Origin: Eledone cirrhosa
Taxonomy: Eukaryota
Assembly (NCBI GenBank): GCA_964016885.1
Contig: OZ024742.1
Coordinates: 179,180,001 to 179,244,000 of the forward strand
Reading direction: 5' to 3'
DNA length: 64,000 nt
The number at the start of each line of letters is the position of its first letter. Positions within the stretch are counted from its first letter, which is position 1. The notes beneath the pieces were generated by a model that did no database searches, was not told the DNA's origin, and was given only the letters and a program-made list of their open reading frames with translations. Made by a program: the position numbers and the translations under genes. Shown one piece after another: positions 59,714 through 64,000 of the stretch.

Positions 59714-59892
59714 AATTGAGTGAGAAAACCCCAGTACTATTCAGATTATTGATTTATCGATGCTGAAAGTATGAACGGTAAAGTCAGCCTCGGTAAGATT
59801 TTAACACAGTGCAGAGAGCCAGAATGAATACTGTAGAGTACCACGTCATATCAACCCGTACGTATTTCTATCTGTAAACATACGTAGAGTGG

Positions 59893-60152
59893 GGGCACGT
59901 GACCTACTGGTAACGGTGTTGGACTTACGATCATAATGTCTTGGGTTCGATTGCTGGATTGCGTGTTATGATCTTGAGCAAAACACATCATTTCACGTTG
60001 TTCCAGTATACTCAGCTGAAGATGAGTACCAGCAATAGCCGGGGGTTTATTCCTGCGATGGACTGGCTTCTTGTCCAGATGGGAGTCTTGCTCTCAGTCG
60101 CTTCACGCCATGAAACCGGGATAAGCACCGGCCAAAAGAGCCTTCTGGCTTA
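59893..60152 (+). mobile_element. tRNA-derived CORE-like SINE (second family)
   Basis: GGTTCGATT B-box, then tcttgagcaaaacacatcatttcacgttg..cagtatactcagctg..atgagtacc; related minus-strand copies near 20890-21070, 40080-40200 and 49270-49390. Confidence 0.65.
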
Positions 60153-60608
60153 AGATAGATTTTAGACTAGACATACGTAGACATGTATGGATCCACAACT
60201 GCTGGCGGATTCGCAGGGGGTACCGTTGTGATATATGACATTTCTTGAAGGCTTTAAACCTGGTGGAGCCCTTTCCCTCTTCAGCTTTTGATACAGGCAA
60301 TTTCTTCCGCTGAAAGAGAGAGTGACTAAGACAGGAAGTGAGAAAGAGATATAGAGGAAGAATCAACCCTAGTATTGGGCTGGTACTTTATAACCGACCT
60401 TGAAAGGATGAAAGGCAAAATTGACCTCCACATGATTTGAACTCAGAGCATAGATATCCAGAGTAAATAGAGTAAACAGAGTAAACAGAGTAAAAAGCCA
60501 ACGTTTTTACGACTCAGCTAATGCGCCGCCACATACACACACACACAGAGACTTTTTTTTCCAATTCCAACCCACCTGCCCCCTCAATCTATCTTATTTC
60601 TCATTCTT

Positions 60609-60644
60609 TCTTCTGATGAAGGACTACCGTCCGAAACGTTAAGA
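60609..60644 (+). ncRNA. Canonical minimal hammerhead (family K)
   Basis: tctt CTGATGA a ggac-tacc-gtcc GAAA cg TT aaga; helix III ACGT can form only as a dimer. Confidence 0.8.
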
Positions 60645-61189
60645 CCCTCTTCCTGCTATTTCAAGCTTTAACCTAATATATTCCATCCATATACTGTACT
60701 GATTGTGCTTTTATTTCTGTTTACCTTTTACACACACACACACGCATATGTATACATATATATATATATATATGCAAATTTATACTTATACACCTATACA
60801 AATACCGACACGCTAATAATCTTATAAAAAGAGTAAAAATAGGTTACAGTGAATACAGAAAAGGCAAACAGAAAAAGAGAGGCAGGGATATATATTTATA
60901 TATGCCAAGGGAGTTAAAACTAGGCAGACTAAGATAATATTTTCTTTAATAAATGATTTGTCGTTTCGAAGTTTTAATTCCCGACATTGTATCCTAAGGT
61001 TCAGGAAGTGCAAGTAGAGCTTGTCTTTTTTTTTCCTAGGTTATTTTTAATAGGGGACTGTAATTGCAGGTGTGTAGACAGGGCATTAAAAAAATGTGAA
61101 ATAGTGTAACAAACCAATATTAGAATGGTAATTGGGTTCGTTCTGGGGTTTTCGGGTGCCCAACTCGCAGAATTGTTATAGATATGCAA

Positions 61190-62118
<929 letters not shown>

Positions 62119-62444
62119 TGTTATAAAGCTCCACTTGATGTATTTTTAATGCTGTATTTACATAATCTAGTTGTCTGTCTTGCTAGGATGGCTTAATGGT
62201 TATGTAGTTGTTTCCACTGTATACTTACTGGCAATGAGTTGTATTTCCTGATGTTTCAGCTGGACACGAACATTAAGTCTCTTTGTTGTAGAAACAGGAT
62301 ACAGTCTGATAACTATTCATCTGGTACACCACCCAACCATGACCCCTATCACAACTAGATTAACATGAATGAATTTACATGACTAATTTACCGTGAGTGA
62401 AGGAGTGTGTCTGAGTGGTTATGGTGTTCAGCTTACGATTGTAA

Positions 62445-62616
62445 TATTGTTTCTACTTTTGGCACAAGGCCAGCATATACCCAGTGCATTACTGGTACTT
62501 TATTTTATCGACGCCGTAAGGATGAAAGGAAAAGTTAACCTCGACGGGATTTGAACTCAGATCCTAAAAGGCCGTAACTCTATGCGTCAAAGCATGGCGT
62601 CCGACCCTCTACCGAT
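62445..62616 (-). mobile_element. tRNA-derived Meta-like SINE
   Basis: Matches the family consensus. Confidence 0.85.
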
Positions 62617-63608
62617 CCCTAGGCTGAGTGACAAGTTGTGTTCTTGCGCAACATACTTAATTTCCCATTGCTTAAGACAACTCGACTAAAAATAAGTACC
62701 TGCCACACCTAAGGGGTGGGGGTGGGGTGGGTGGGGGTGTTGGAGTATCTCTGTTATAGATTGGTGTCTTGTCCAGTGGAGTGGTGAGTTTTATATTCTC
62801 AGTTCGCTTAAAATCAACATAACTGTGATTGGTTCCGTCTGATAAACCCCGGAGATCAAGACACTCTCTAACCATTAACCTTTAAATTTGTTTTTAATTT
62901 ATGATGAGTAAATCGGGCCAACAAGGAAAGTCCCTCTACATGATCGCTTGACCTGCCACTATAGCAGTCAAATTTCTCTAAAATCTTCTTTTTTTAATCA
63001 CACAATGAATAGTGTAGCCCTGCACATACACAAAGATGGGTTAGTCGAAGCTTGAACACATTTTGTACTCCACCATACGGAATCGACAAGCAAATGAGAG
63101 GAGCCTCTTCTTGATCATTTGATCCGTATACCCTCAATTAATAGGGCACAGCTTCGGGGTAGCCTATGGACTTCGAGAGTCATTAAGATTGGATGTCGTA
63201 TCCATAACGTCCCACCTCTTGGTCACTTTGTCACATCGCCTAATGTGTTTGTGTGTTTTTATTTTAGTCATGGGTGTAACGGCAGTGTCCTCAACCTTTT
63301 TCAGGGACTGCTGGGACGGAAGTAGAGGGGAACAAATTATCCTCAAATCGGAGACCTTGTCTGTATACTTACAATAGAATGAACTCCACTGAAGCAAACA
63401 AAGGGCCGGGTTGTGTGGTCTGCTAAACCGTTTAACCAAATTAAGTCTACAACACAAAACTCAGAACACAAAAAGCTGTATTAAATACTGCAAAGCATTT
63501 CGTCTGAACTTTTAACAATTCCGCCAAATTACCACCAGTATAGATTGCTTTAATCAATTTATCAGAATGAAGGGCAATGGCACATGACTTGTGGGCCTCC
63601 TAGATAGG

Positions 63609-63661
<53 letters not shown>

Positions 63662-63680
63662 ATGCTTGCACCTCTGTGAC

Positions 63681-63761
<81 letters not shown>

Positions 63762-63774
63762 CGTGTGTGTGTGT

Positions 63775-63841
<67 letters not shown>

Positions 63842-64000
63842 CCCGTAAATCCTGAGAGAATCGTAAGAGCACAGTGGTGATATGCAGTGTTTCTTGGGCC
63901 TCTTTAAACCTGGTGAAGCCCATCACCTCACCTCTCCAGGTCTGAATATATCCAATTTCTTCCAAAGAAGGATAAAATGTGATTGAGAGAAAGTGAGGAG

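Noticed and set aside
63119-63457. Short ORFs as possible exons
   Set aside because: No recognisable domain and no consistent splice-site pair.

Overview
This window is AT-rich, repeat-saturated animal DNA, most likely from an octopus-like cephalopod (inferred from the SINE types and the extreme (TA)n load; not confirmed). No complete host gene is visible; one candidate minus-strand exon lies at 39059-39257. Nearly all IY/YI/HT/CV-rich ORFs in the track are microsatellite artefacts. The dominant biology is a community of Penelope-like retroelements (PLEs) nested in long (TA)n arrays. It includes one young 5'-truncated copy with an uninterrupted RT + GIY-YIG frame (3392-5924), several Naiad-like and other fragments, and many short fold-back relics built from PLE termini. 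By eye I count about 11 sequence families (about 20 copies) of minimal type-I hammerhead ribozyme motifs, some with non-canonical cores (UUGAUAA, CCGAAGA) or long loop-II inserts. The relics share an architecture: two arms in inverted orientation, both facing out into (TA)n, one ending at an internal AT/TA microhomology and the other carrying a longer tail. This suggests priming from both ends of a symmetric target. Also present are tRNA-derived SINEs, CR1-like, RTE and Dong/R4 LINE fragments, a bipartite RTE-derived element, a hAT-like MITE and a Helitron-like element. All alignments and folds were done by eye; coordinates are approximate to a few bases.
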